Below, piece by piece: positions 1-12,273 of a stretch of 64,000 bases of DNA. The stretch's first letter is position 1. Each line of letters begins with the position of its first letter. The notes under the pieces are model-generated. The model was not told the origin of the DNA, did not search any database, and saw nothing but the letters and a program-made list of their open reading frames with translations. Source of the DNA: Chiloscyllium plagiosum (taxonomy: Eukaryota). Location: contig NC_057737.1 of the NCBI RefSeq assembly GCF_004010195.1, forward strand, positions 1,582,779 through 1,646,778, written 5' to 3'. Both the position numbers and the translations under genes were made by a program.

Positions 1-1749
1 TTCTGTTTATTCAGCATACTTTAAAAGCCAGACCTAAATAAACACCCTTTCAGTGATGTATGAAGCTAAACAGGTGTTTGAGAATAAATTATCTCTCATC
101 CCACAAATGGAGAAAATATACACGTACAATATTAAATGAGCTTCAGAACTTGAAACCTGTGTTTAAACATCAGGGGCTCTCTTAAAAAAGACATTCACAT
201 GGGAACAATCAGAAAACATTTACGTAAAATCTGACTCCCTAGGAAATTACTGTCCTCTTGCTTTAATTATACCAATTAGTTAAATGTGCAGACATTTAGG
301 AAATGTGGTTTTAGTACAAGATTTTTTAAAATGTCAACATAATAAGGCAAGTCAACCAAGACACTTGCAAGGTCCATTGAAAATTATACCACAGCTCAAA
401 TTTTAGGTACATGGCTTGAATGTCTGAAGGCCTCAACCTGCTGTGTAGAATGACTTAAATATGAGCAAGTTGCCTGCATTACCAAGCGTCAAAGTGTAAA
501 CGAAATCTTGAGGATTAAACTGATCGAGATGAAATTTGCTTAGCAACCGACTCATTAAAAAGCAGGGTTCAGAAACAGGCCAGCAATTCATGCTCTTATC
601 TCTCCGGCTGGAGATAACACAGTCTCCATCTGCTCACAATGAGCAGCTTCTTGGAGAATTTCAGTGCCTCATACTCACAATTTCAGTGTTGTCCCTCCCC
701 CATAAGACAGTGAAAGAAATAATCTCAGCTTTAATTCCCCCCACATTGCCATAATTCCATGTGTTTTGTTGTCTGATAATACACAAGTGAAAATGAAAAA
801 AAAGGGGACCACACATTGAAAGTACAATGTCGCACGATCAAAATTAATTGTTATTCTCTGGGGGCGGAGGGGGGACATTTAATGACAAACTGCTGCCGTT
901 CTGCGCAATATGATTAGTCACGCTGGATTCCTTGCTAATCAATTCAAGATAAACTGGTTTTTTAAGAAGAGAAAGAAAAACGGGACGAGAAGGGGAAATG
1001 CCTTTGTAACAATGGCGTGCTTGTAAAGATTGCAGATTGCCTCCGCTGATTAAACCGTGTATCAGCCACAAGGTTATGCCACCGCCTCGCACCACAATCC
1101 CTCATGATAGGGGATGGAAAAGGGGGGGGCTGGCAATTCAAACCAAGCAGCGATTTTCTCTCCACACATTAATCTTTCATGTAACACGGACAGGCGGCTT
1201 GGGTCTGAGAGAGAAAGACTTGCAGAGCGGACAACAACCCTCCCCTTGAGAAACGGCATTTTAAGCAGCATTCTTTGAAGTTGCTCTTTTTTGTAAAAAA
1301 AAAAGAGATGAAGGCATTGAAAGGGAAAAAAAGAAAAGGCTTGACACAGGAGGGAAAAATTTCACACACACACAGACACACAAAGCCAGACCTGACAAGG
1401 CAGACTGACGCCTCAGTGGCTACATTTCAAGATGCATTCCCCCTATTAACATCATTTAAAACGTTTTTCTTTTAAAAATAAAAAAAAATAAACTTTTGGG
1501 GAGGATAAGTTAACTTCTTGGAGGAAACTGAAATAAAAAAATATGTCACACCAGAGAGGGGGCTGCCATTTGCAGCAATCTCAGGGCATCGGAGTACAAA
1601 CGCCCTCCCGAAAATAAAACAAAAAAAAATTAAACATTCTGGACATGAATTTCGAGATAATTTTTCAGACATTTAAAGAAGTTAAATAGACACAGCTGGC
1701 AGATTCTTACTCTTAAATATTCTCTGCAAAGGTAGCAACCTCTACACAA

Positions 1750-2480
1750 GACCGGCGGCGTTTGTTACGCATCGTTTAAAACGTTATTGTGTAAGAAAAT
1801 ATCGCTGCGATCGTTAAAATTTCATTTAGAGACACTTTTTGAAAGAGAGAGAGAGGAAAAAAAAACCTCCCGAGCTCCCAGACCCATCTCCCTGCCGGAA
1901 GTAATGCAGCAGCTGGCGTGACCGACAGCGGCGGCCGGCCAATCAGGAGCCTACCTCTGCACCAGCCACCCCGCCCATTGAGGGCACAAAGGACCTATTA
2001 GAGACAGGGAGGAGGCGGGACTTCCGCTGGCCGCCCCGCCGCCCGCTCCTCTTTTGTTAAGCGTCCGACGCCACCTCAAATTATTTCAACTAACACCATC
2101 GACCAGGGCGTGGAACCAAGATCCGCCAGGCGACGACGCCGTGCGGACACTTACTTTCTGTGGAGCTGACAGGACTGCATAGTTAAACTGTGGGTAAGTT
2201 CATGAATTCGTTCGCTGCTCCGGCCCGTGCCGCTCACTCGCTCGCAGCCGCTGCGACTGCGGCAAAAAAAAACGCCAGACGCAGCGACGGGCAGCGCGTA
2301 CGCGTGCGCACTGCCAGCCCACCGCCGGCCAATACGCGTGCGTGCCGTGATTCAATACGCGTGCGCCCTGCCGGCCTATCGCCGGCAAAGACGCATGCGT
2401 CTTGGAAGCGTCCCTGGCAGGGCAATGTCTAATTTCACGTTGGCAGCTCTGACTGTGTAAGCTTTAAACAAAAGTTCACA
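1750..2480. promoter_or_regulatory. CpG island / housekeeping-type promoter
   Basis: CpG-rich stretch with GC boxes (GGCGGGA, CCCCGCC at ~2014-2040), CCAAT boxes (GGCCAATC ~1937, GGCCAATA ~2327) and NRF1-like palindromes (GCGCGTACGCGTGCGCA ~2294-2310, CGCATGCG ~2392). Confidence 0.8.
2155..2280 (-). other. Putative first exon of an unidentified minus-strand gene
   Basis: The reverse strand reads ...CAGCTCCACAGAAA|GTAAGT, a strong donor, directly downstream of the NRF1/CCAAT cluster. The region 800-1700 is unique, TE-free sequence consistent with a first intron. The gene is not recognised. Confidence 0.5.
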
Positions 2481-2779
2481 CGCGTATTTCACAACATGTT
2501 TTGGGTTTTTCTTTGAAGGATCTGTTTCCCTTCATGTTTTCTTGCTTTTTCTATCCCCAGGAACCTTCGAGTGGATGGAGTGTGGCGCCCCTATCGGTAG
2601 GAGGACCAAAGGATTGAAGGCAATGATGCTCAACACCTCTCATTGACATTGACATAGACAATTAACTCATTGTTCAATCATGCATGTTATAGACCCAGGA
2701 GGTTACACAAATAGAAATATAGACTAAGTTATAAATCAGGAGATTTGGAGAAGGGAATGATATGCCTTCTGGATAGATT

Positions 2780-2920
2780 ATTTTGTTAATTCACAGGATG
2801 TGGGTGACATTGGCTAGGCCAGCATTTATTGTCTGTCCCTAATTACCCAGAGGGCAGTTGAGTGTCAACCACGTTGCTGTGGGTCTGGAGTCACATGCAG
2901 GCTTGACCAGGTAAGGAGCC
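2780..2920 (-). mobile_element. 3' fragment of a tRNA-derived SINE (same family as 32597-32940)
   Basis: Reverse-complement similarity to the 3' half of the element at 32597-32940 (gcccTCTGGGyAATTAGGGA; ACATGTrACTCCAGAC). Confidence 0.6.
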
Positions 2921-3637
2921 AATGATGCCGACCTCCCGCCAGTGATTAAACAAAATAAAATAATAAAAATCATTTTGAAAATGCATTACCCCGCCTTGAC
3001 CAAATTCTACCTGCCCTTTTTACATTTTTCATCCGTAAGGGAATCAAGGGTTATAGGGAAAAGGCAGGAAAGTAGAGTTGAGGATTAGCAGGTCAGCCAG
3101 ATCTCACTGAATGGTGAAACAAATCCAAGGGGCGGAATGGCCTACTTCTCATATATCTGATAGCCTTCTCAGCAGGTGTGGCAGCATGTGTCAAGAGAGA
3201 GAAATGATTAACATTTTGAGAATGTTGTGACTTCTTCGCAATGGAAATGGGCTAGTAAATTATGCTTTTTTGCTGTTGACAGAGGGGAGGAAGAGTGAGT
3301 GGAGCAAATGATGAATATGCCTTGAGCAAAAACCAAAGGAAGTGTTACTGGTGGTAAAGGAGAAATAGATGTAAAACAGGTATAAATGGGGTGGGTGTGA
3401 AAAAGAGAAAATGCAACCCACTATGCTTTTAGCAAAGCCAACAAGATATAGCCGTGTGGTTTTGGTGGAGGGGGCAAGTGCAGTATTGTAATCAAGATGG
3501 AGAAAGAGGTCTTACTCTGAGCTTGTTCTGAAGAAGAGTCAGATTGGACTCACAACGTTAACTCCTTCTCTCTCCACAGATGGTGTCAGACCTGCTGAGT
3601 TTCTCCACCATTCGGTGTTTGTTTCAGAGGCAACAGC

Positions 3638-4582
3638 TAGGAGAAAGTGAGGACTGCAGATGCTGGAGATCAGAGCTGAAAAATCTGTTGCTGGAAAAGC
3701 ACAGCAGGTCAGGCAGCATCCAAGGAGCAGGAGAATCGACATTTCAGGCATAAGCCCTTCTTCGGGAATGAGGAGGGTGTGCCAAGCAAGCTAAGATAAA
3801 AGGTAGGGAGGAGGGACTTGGGGGAGGGGCGTTGGGAATGCGATAGGTGGAAGGAGGTTAAGGTGAGGGTGATAGGCCGGAGAAGGGGTGGGGGCAGAGA
3901 GGTTGGGAAGAAGATTGCAGATCAAGAAGGTGGTGCTGAGTTCGAGGGTTGGGACTGAGATAAGGTGAGGTGAGGGGAAAATGAGAAAGCTGGAGAAATC
4001 TGCATTCATCCCTTGTGGTTGGAGGGTTCCTAGGCGGAAGATGAGGTGCTCTTCCTCCAGGCATCGTGTTGCCATGGTCTGGCGATGGAGGAGGCCAAGG
4101 ACCTGCATGTCCTTGGCGGAGTGGGCAGGGGAGTTAAAGTGTTCAGCCATGGGGCAGTTGGGTTGGTTTGGTTGGTGTGGGTGTCCCAGAGGTGTTCTCT
4201 GAAACATTCCGCAAGTAGGGGAGACAGGCTGCCCTCCAATGCTAGGGATGAATGCCGATTTCTCCAGCTTTCTCATTTTTCCCTCACCCCTCCTTATCTC
4301 AGTCCCAACCCTCGGACTCAGCACCGCGTTCTTGATCTGCAATCTTCTTCCCGACCTCTCCGCCCCCACCCCCTCTCTGGCCTATCACCCTCACCTTAAC
4401 CTCCTTCCACCTATCGCATTCCCAACGCCCCTCCCCCAAGTCCCTCCTCCCTACCTTTTATCTTAGCCTGCTTGGCACACCCTCCTCATTCCTGAAGAAG
4501 GGCTTATGTCCGAAACGTCGATTCTCCTGCTCCTTGGATGCTGCCTGACCTGCTGCGCTTTTCCAGCAACACATTTTTCAGC
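3638..4582. mobile_element. Fold-back Penelope-like insertion (two PLE 3' ends joined head-to-head)
   Basis: Arms ~3675-4010 and ~4245-4582 are near-perfect reverse complements. The minus strand encodes a PLE GIY-YIG C-terminus (PMAEHFNSPAHS...EEEHLIFRLGTLQPQGMN). The flanking duplication is TCAGAGGCAACAGC 3624-3637 / TCAGATGCAACAGC 4583-4596. Confidence 0.85.
4492..4519 (+). ncRNA. Minimal type I hammerhead ribozyme core (PLE pLTR)
   Basis: CTGAAGA-A-GGGC TTAT GTCC-GAAA-CGTC: CUGANGA box, helix II hairpin, GAAA, palindromic ACGU helix III and a GUC cleavage triplet. Confidence 0.75.
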
Positions 4583-6079
4583 TCAGATGCAACAGCATTT
4601 TGCTTTTATTATTCTGAAGTTGGGCTCATTGTTGAGTCTATAAAGGCTGTAAAGTGCCAAAGTGGAAACTGAGCTGGTGTTCCCCCAACTTACATTGAGG
4701 TTTATTGGAACACTTAGCAGGCCCGGAGTGGAAATGTTAGCATGAGAGCAAAATGGTTTACTGATAACTCACTGGAAGGTCAGATCAGCCTTGCATAAAA
4801 CAGTCAGCCAGCCCACATTTGGTTTTGCCAATGTAAAAGAAATCGCTTTGTGAGCAGTGAATACATAGAAGTAAAATGCTGCTTCACCTGGAAGGCGTGT
4901 TGGAGCCTTGGACAGTGAGGGCCAAGGAGGTGAAAGGGCAAGTGCAATTGAATGAGAAGTGTTATAGTGAAGGGGAGGAAGTGTTAGGAGTAATGGATGA
5001 ACCAGAGTGTCATGGTGGAAATGGTGCCTGTGGAAGAACTGAACAGGTCTGTCTGGCAGCATTTGTGGAAAGAGAAACAGAGCCAGTATTTCAAGTCCAA
5101 CTATTCTTTTTTATCACTTTAAGCAAGATGGGGCTCATATACCTCACCTTTTGCCCTGTGAGTTTAGACCTTAGTAAGTTCAGGAGAAAACTAACTACGA
5201 TTGATGGTTGTGGGACCTTGCTATGTGTAAATGACCCCACATTTCCATCATATAATAGTCGATATGTTTCAATCCAAAAAATATCTCCAGATGGCCGAAG
5301 GTTGTGAATAGCTAAAGAAATGCAAGTCCTGTTTTTTGACTTTCATGAACCTGTGTCCTAAAGTTAGGCTGCACATAATTGGAATACGAACATAAGTTGA
5401 AAGGTTTTCAGTGGTTCTACAGGAAAGGCCTTCAGTTTTATAAGTCATCTCTCTTCGAAGATTCGAGAAAAGGAATTTTTTTTTCCACCGATGTAAAAAC
5501 TTGGTCTCTTTCCAAACTCAATTTTGGCCAGGATTCCAAAAACAAGTAATCAGACAGCTGCAGCAATTAGCTGAGGACTGCATAACTCAGAATGGGTCCC
5601 ACTGGACACACAATCTCTCCTCAATGAAGGATACTCCAATATGCTACACTGCATTACAGTCTCTCTGCACCACAGTCTTCGCTTGTTCATGGTGTAGTGA
5701 CCAGGTGAAGTTAACCAAGCTGATTTATGAACCCACTCTGCACAGGATCCAGTTTAATGCCCCTAATGGTATGGGGCTGTCTTCAGCTTTTCAAATTTTA
5801 AAATCTGATGTTTGAAATAGTATACAAGGTGCACTCAATGTTCAAGACTACATTGCCCAATTTGCCCCAAGTAAATTAGGCTCTTAAAATTGTCCTTGCC
5901 AACATTTCAGAAATTGACAGTGTTGTAAATGGTTAATACTTGTTGACAAATCTAGATGACTACCTGTTTTAAAATAGATGCTTTTTAAGTGGCAGCCATT
6001 GTATCAGAATCAACAAACAACTAACTGTTTCTGAATAGGCACATTTCCATTATGTCTGCCTCTATATGTGATTATAAGC

Positions 6080-6310
6080 AGAGTGGATGTGGAGAGCACG
6101 TTTCCTCTTGTGGGAGAATCCAGAATTTGGGGGTCACTGTTTCAAAATAGCGAGCAGTCCACTTGAGAGAAATTTCTTCTCTTAAGAGGGTTGTGAAGGT
6201 TTGTAACTCTCTTCCTGAAAATGTGGCAGAAGCACATTCTTTGAATAATTTAATGCAAGGGTTATATAGATTCTTGATAAGCAAGAGATGAAGTGTTAAT
6301 CTGAGTAGGC
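6080..6310 (+). mobile_element. CR1-type LINE 3' fragment
   Basis: Degenerate match to the CR1 ORF2 C-terminus seen elsewhere in the window (SRT-RGH...FF-QRVV-WN-LP pattern). Confidence 0.6.
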
Positions 6311-6493
6311 TGTAATCTGAAGTACATGGATCACCTTTGATTTTATCCACTTCTAATGTGCTTGCTTGTATACTGATGAAGGGTGCGGCTGGATCGAGGT
6401 ACCATTTTGAGGCAGGATCCCAGAAGCTTTTCCATGTCCATGCTTGTAGCATATCTCATCTGGGAGAAGTTAAACCTGACACTGAGTCAAAGT

Positions 6494-6577
6494 GATGAAG
6501 AGCTTATGCCCAAAACGTCGACTCTCTTGCTCCTTGGGTGCTGCCTGACCTGCTGTTCTTTCCACAGTTTTCGACAA
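6494..6577 (+). mobile_element. Solo mini PLE pLTR with degenerate hammerhead
   Basis: Begins (T)GATGAAGAGCTTATGCCCAAAACGTC. The exact 11-bp TSD TGAGTCAAAGT lies at 6483-6493 and 6578-6588. Confidence 0.75.
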
Positions 6578-7659
6578 TGAGTCAAAGTACACAATTTCAC
6601 ATCAAATGTGATGTTGTGGTTGAAACTTCACCACTGGATCAGAGAGTTGCAAGTTCAAACCCCAATCTAACTAAATGGTTCACTCTGTTACAGAATCCCA
6701 TATCCCTATAACATTGCTTAAACAGATCAGCTGGTCTTATCACCCTCGCTGTTTGACAGAGCTTGCTTTGTGGAAATTGGCGAGTTTCCATATATTACAA
6801 CGGTAGCTACAAAAAGTATTCCATTAGCAGTAATGTTATTTGGGATGTCCCGAGATTGTGAAAACTGCCATATCACTTTGATAAGCACAAAAGCTCAGCC
6901 CAGCTCGAGAAAAGAGCTAAACAAAATTAGCAATGACTAGAACACAATCTCTGTATCTTTTTCTCAATCTTCACATCGGAGGGCTTTCAACAACTTCTGA
7001 ATCTCTCATTGTGTTGTAAGTTTTTAAAGACACTGGGCCCTTTATTTACATCATCATATTTTCCCTTGAGAGCTAGCCTCCAGTTGTACATGGAGATACT
7101 ACTTTGGCGTCTTTGTGGCAGTTTGATAATTATAATAGGCTACTCAATATTTGCGTCACCAAACTAGCCTGTGGCCATTACAGTCTGGCACGATCCCCAC
7201 CTCCTCCTTTTAGCCCATAGGCACTGTTTTGCTTGCCATTAAACAATGCTGTTTGAGGTCATTTTGCATACAGTGGCAGCCATGTCCACACCTTCCCTTT
7301 CCTGGAGCCAGTAAGGACTGCAGATATGGAAGTCTGCTTGTGTTTCCTGCTTATGTTAGTAAGTCAGATTAATGTTAGCCCATGTGCAAACACCAAATAC
7401 AACCAGTTCATTTTGAAATACTTCAACTCTGTAACCTCAACGAAAATTCTCATGTTGTTATGTGAGAGAATTGCATTTATGCAGCGCCTTTCTTGACCTC
7501 TGACTTTGAAATGCTTTGTTTCATTCAATGAAATAGCTTTGGAAAAATTGTAATGGGCAAACGTGACCCTCATTTTCAGACAGCTGGCTCCCACAAATGA
7601 CAATAAAATAAATAAAGACAGAAAATGCTGGAAATATTCAGCCAGTGAAGGAAATGGAT

Positions 7660-7920
7660 CACCTGATTATCTTTCTTTAACGATTGTTGGTTGAGAGATA
7701 AATATTAGTCAGGTCACCAAGCGTTCTTCTCTACTCTTCTTCCAATGTGAGATCTTTTATATCCACCTAGGAGATTAGACAAGTCTTTGTTTTAACATCA
7801 CCACTGAAAGATCACATTCTCCATGAACTTAAAGCTGGAGTATCAGCCGTGAGTCTGAAGTCTCTGGAGTGGAATTTGAACCCACAGCCTTCTGACTTCG
7901 GGATGAAAGTTCTCTCACTT
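7660..7920. mobile_element. Ancient Deu-domain/SacSINE-like SINE remnant; related copies at ~14140-14480, 16900-17100, 59950-60330 and 63100-63240
   Basis: Shared degenerate motif among these copies (GATCTTTT..ATCCACCT..GAG...GTTTAAC) plus a B-box-like TTGAACCC. The family name is from recall. Confidence 0.45.
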
Positions 7921-8951
7921 TCTGTCTACAGTTACAACTGTTCCTGTGCCAGATCCTTCACCACACAATCAATGGACTCTGTGTCCCAGTGTACGTGGTG
8001 CAGGATTTAATCATCATTATTCCACTCATCTATTTGACATAACATTTCAATGTTTTGTTGAAACTTTCTGCTGAGAATTAAACAGTTCAGAAGTAATATA
8101 CACATTTATTACAGAGAGAACACTGTCAGCCTCAGGATTATATAATGTGGTTGAGGTCTCATAAGAGCATCACATCTAAAAGACAGGCAAAGGTATATTT
8201 CTGCAGTTATGCACTGACCTGACTGAACTGAAATATCACTTAAGTGTAGCTGAAAAAAAGACGTATTTTGTTTCTGTCTTGCAATTATTTATGTTCTGTT
8301 GTTACCCAATACATTGGTATTTTTTGTGAATTAGCATTAGGATGAAAACATTGACAAAATATGACTTTTTTTAGCAATACTAATGTTCCTTGCTAATCCA
8401 CTACCCTCTTTGCTAAAATATGCTCTTGACATCAGAATTGCGTGGCTTATCTTAATTGTAAGATTCAATCTCCATTGTTCCAGAATCCCCCACCAGAGGA
8501 AACCTGCATCAGTCCTGTCCAATCCATTTTGTAGGTTTAAATACCTTAATCACATTACCTCTTGTTCTCCAATCTTTCATGAATACATGTGAAAACTATC
8601 CCAACTTGTTTCTATAAATGTATTGTCTCTTAGTGTTTATTTTAAAAATTATTTCTGTGTAATTAGATATGCTGCTGAGAAACTGATTGAGCCACAAATG
8701 AAGACATTTGGAGATGCTCTGTGGAAAAGATGGGTTTGAGAACCTTTTTAAAGGCAGGCTGGGATGAGAGAAATGCAGTTAGGACTCTACACTAACCACC
8801 ATCAACTAAAATGATTGATTTTCCCTAACTCTCAGCAACAGATGCCAAACATCTCTGCATCTGGAGATCACATCCGTCATGTTTCCTACCATTAATGGTG
8901 TGTAAAATGACCATCATGTTTCTGAGCAAAGTACATCACAAAAACAGATTG

Positions 8952-9505
8952 TAGAATCATAGAGATGTACAGCTCGGAAACAGACCCTTCAGTCCAACTT
9001 GTCCATGTCGACCAGATATTCTAAATAAATCCAGTCCCATTTGCCAGCATTTGGCCCACATACCTCTAAACGCTTCCCACTCATATACCCATCCAGATGC
9101 CTTTTAAATGTTGTAATTATACCAGCCTCCACCACTTCCTCTGGCAGCTCATTTCATACACGTACCACCCTCTGCATGAAAAAGTTACTCCTTGGGTCCT
9201 TTTTGTATCTTTCCCCTCTCCCCTTAAACCTATGCCCTCTAGTTCTGGACTCCCCCAAGCCAGGGAAAGACCTTGTCTATTCACCCTATTCATGTCCCTT
9301 ATGATTTTATAAACCTCTATAAGGTCACCCCTCAGCTTCCAACAATCCAGAGAAAACAGCCCGACCCTATTCAGCTTGTTCCTGTAGCTCAAACCCTGGC
9401 AACATCCTTGTAAATCCTTTCTGAACCTTTCTAAGTTTCACAACATCCTTGCTATAGAAGGGAGACCAGAATTGCACACAATATTCCAAAAGTGGCCTAA
9501 CCAAG
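8952..9505 (-). mobile_element. CR1 LINE 3' end
   Basis: ORF 9117-9392 (GLFSLDCWKLRGDLIEVYKII) is the CR1 ORF2 C-terminus, followed by the 3' UTR. Confidence 0.85.
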
Positions 9506-9964
9506 GGTCATTTGCTCTAATTGATGCATGCTTATTTTATATTTTACACAAACATCCTGCCAAATTATTCATCCGATCAACATATTCTTCCTCTCCACCT
9601 TCCTTCCTTTCTCAGATCCTCATCGAGCTTTCCTTTAAACACATGTAATGCTCCCTTTGGTGATGAGTTCTGTGTTCCTTCTACTCTGGGTAAATAGGCT
9701 CCTCTCAATTCCCTCTGGGGTGTATTATTCATTCTTTCAGAGGGAAATCTCCAAGCAGGTAGTGTTTTAGATGTAAAACACATCATTTATTTATTTGGCT
9801 CCAATTTAAGATTATAAAGGCCAGTGGGAATGAATAAATTTGCAACTGTTTTTCAGAGCCAAACCCATTCCTAGAGGAATGAGACATGTTGCAATTAGGT
9901 CAGCCAATGTAGTACTGCACAAATATACCTTTTTCTACATTAGTCCAGGGAACAATTTAACATG

Positions 9965-10795
9965 GTTCAGGAAGGTTTGCAGATGACATCAAAATTGGTG
10001 TTGTAGTGAATAAAGAAGAAGGTTGTCTCAGAGTACAGTTGGACCCATGATATGATGGGCCTGTAGGCTGAGGAGTGGTAGACAGAGTCTGATTTAATGT
10101 GAGGTATTGCATCTTGGAAAGGCAAATCAGGACTATGCACTTAATAGTAAGGTCCTGGGGAGTGTTGCTGAACAAGGAGACTGATAGAGTTCAGGTTCAT
10201 AATACCTTGAAAGTGGAGTCACAGGGAGACAGGATAGTAAAGAAGACATTTGGCATGCTTGCCTTTATTGATCAGTACGTTGAGTATAGGAATTGGGATG
10301 TCACGTTGCAGCTAAGCAGGACAATGGTCAGGCAACTTTTGGAATGCTTCATACAATTCTGGTTGCCTTGCTACAGGAAGGATGTTGTTAAACTTGAAAG
10401 GGTTCAGAAAAGCTATCCAAGGATTTTGTTTGGATCGGAGGGCTTGGGCTTTTTCCCTGGAGGCTGAGGAGTGACCTTATAGAGGTTTCGAAAATAATAA
10501 GGGGTGTGGATAGGGTGAATAGCCAAGGTCTTTTTCCCAGGGTAGGGGAGTCCAAAGTTAGAGAGCGTAGATTCCCATTTAGGGTGGTGCATGTATGAAT
10601 TAAGCTGCCAGAGGAAGTGGTGGAGGCTGGTACAATTACAGCATTTAAAAGGCATCTGTGTGGGTACATGAATAGGAAGGGTTTAGAGGGATATGGGCAA
10701 AATGCTGGCAAATGGGACTAGATCAGTTTAGGATACCGGATTGGAATGGATGACTTGGACTGAAGGGTCTGTTTCTGTGCTCTACAGCTCCAAGA
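9965..10795 (+). mobile_element. CR1 LINE 3' part (frameshifted)
   Basis: FADD-K motif followed by KVESQGDRIVKKTFGMLAFI...QFWLPCYRKDVVKLERVQ and the 3' UTR. Confidence 0.85.
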
Positions 10796-11299
10796 CCTGA
10801 AACTGATGATTAATTAAATATTGTATGTTCAGCCTGAGAATGATTGATGAATTAAAAGAAAAATGTCCATTTTTATTTGCTCTTGGGATTATTATTATTG
10901 ATTATGTATCTGTAGCGAGTATAATTATAAAATATGTTCTGACTTTTGAAGAGATGGCAACCTTTGTTACACTGTCTGTTCTGTGGCTCAAAATTTAAAG
11001 TTGTCGTTTCCAAAAAGCTTGTCCACAACGTATTGCGGCCACGCTGCAATTGGTTACCATTCCAAACCCCAGTGAATTCTCAACCTTGGTAACGTAGCCA
11101 CAGAGAGACAGAGAGCGGAAATCCAGCCATTTCTACCAGAACGGGAGGGAATAACGAGAAGACCAGCAGATTTGATCACTACTGAGACCAGTCAATCCCT
11201 GACTTGGAAAGGGATCAGAGGTCAAGTATTTGGTTTTGTCCCTGGCTGGAATCCAAGCCTGCTTGCAAGTATTTACAGTGGAAATGGAAATATTAACAT

Positions 11300-12273
11300 T
11301 TACAGGAGCAGGATGCTTGCTCCAATGGCACACGGCTTTGGTGAGACCACACCTGGAATATTGTGTGCAGGTTTGGTTTCCTTATCTGACGAAGAATGTT
11401 CTGGTGATAGAGGGATTGTAACAAAGGTTGACCAGACTGATTCCTGGGGTGGCAGGACTAACATACGAAGTATGACCTGGATCAGTTAGGACTACATTCC
11501 CTGAAGTTTGGAAGAATGCCAGGGGATCTCACAAAAACCTATAAGATTCTAACGGGACGAGACAGGGCAAACACAGGAAAGACGTTCCGAATGATCACTC
11601 TATTTTGGAAAACAAATAAGGTCAGGACATCTACAATTAATGGTAGGGCCCTGGGTAATGCTGTAGAACAGAGAGACCTAGGGGTTCAAGTATATAATTC
11701 ATTGAAATTTGCATCACAGGTAGACAGGGTGGTTAAGAAGGTGTTTCATGCGCTTGCCTTCATTGCTCAGACTGTTGAGTATAAGAGTTGGGACATCACG
11801 TTGAGGTTATACAGAATGTTGATGAGGCCTCTTCTGGAGCACTGTGACCAGTTCTGGTCACCCTGTTATAGGAACGCTCGTATTAAACTGGAGAGGGTTC
11901 AGAGAAGATTAACCAGGATGTTGCCAGGAATGGAGGGTTTGAGTTCTAAAAATAATATGGAAAGGCTCGGATGTTTTTTCGTGGAGGGTAGGTGATTGAG
12001 GGGTGACATTATTGAGGTTTATAAAATCATGAGGGGTATAGATAAGGTGAATGACAAGAATCTTTTCCCGAATGTGGGGGAATTCAAAACTAGGGGGCAT
12101 ATTTTTTGTGGTGAGGAGAAAGATTTAAAAAGACATGAGAGGTAACGTTTTTACATAGAGGGTGGTTCTTGTCTGGAATAAACTACCAGAGAAAGTGGTG
12201 GATGTGGGTTCAGTTAACAATGTTTAAAAGACATTTGGGTAAGTTCATGAATAGAAAAGACTTGGAGGGATAT
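11300..12273 (+). mobile_element. Two adjoining CR1 LINE fragments; the second is interrupted by a PLE and resumes at ~13785-13890
   Basis: LVRPHLEYCVQ (11340) and ORF 11516-11995 (RDLGVQV...IKLERVQRRLTRMLPGMEGL). Confidence 0.85.

Larger units (their letters stand above)
3165..5100. mobile_element. Old, degenerate Penelope-like element remnant (host of the 3638-4582 insertion)
   Basis: Degenerate pLTR motifs at 3170-3240 and 3525-3637 (CTGAAGAAGAGTC..GACTC..AACGTTAAC). A decayed GIY-YIG-like antisense segment follows at ~4620-4940. Confidence 0.55.
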
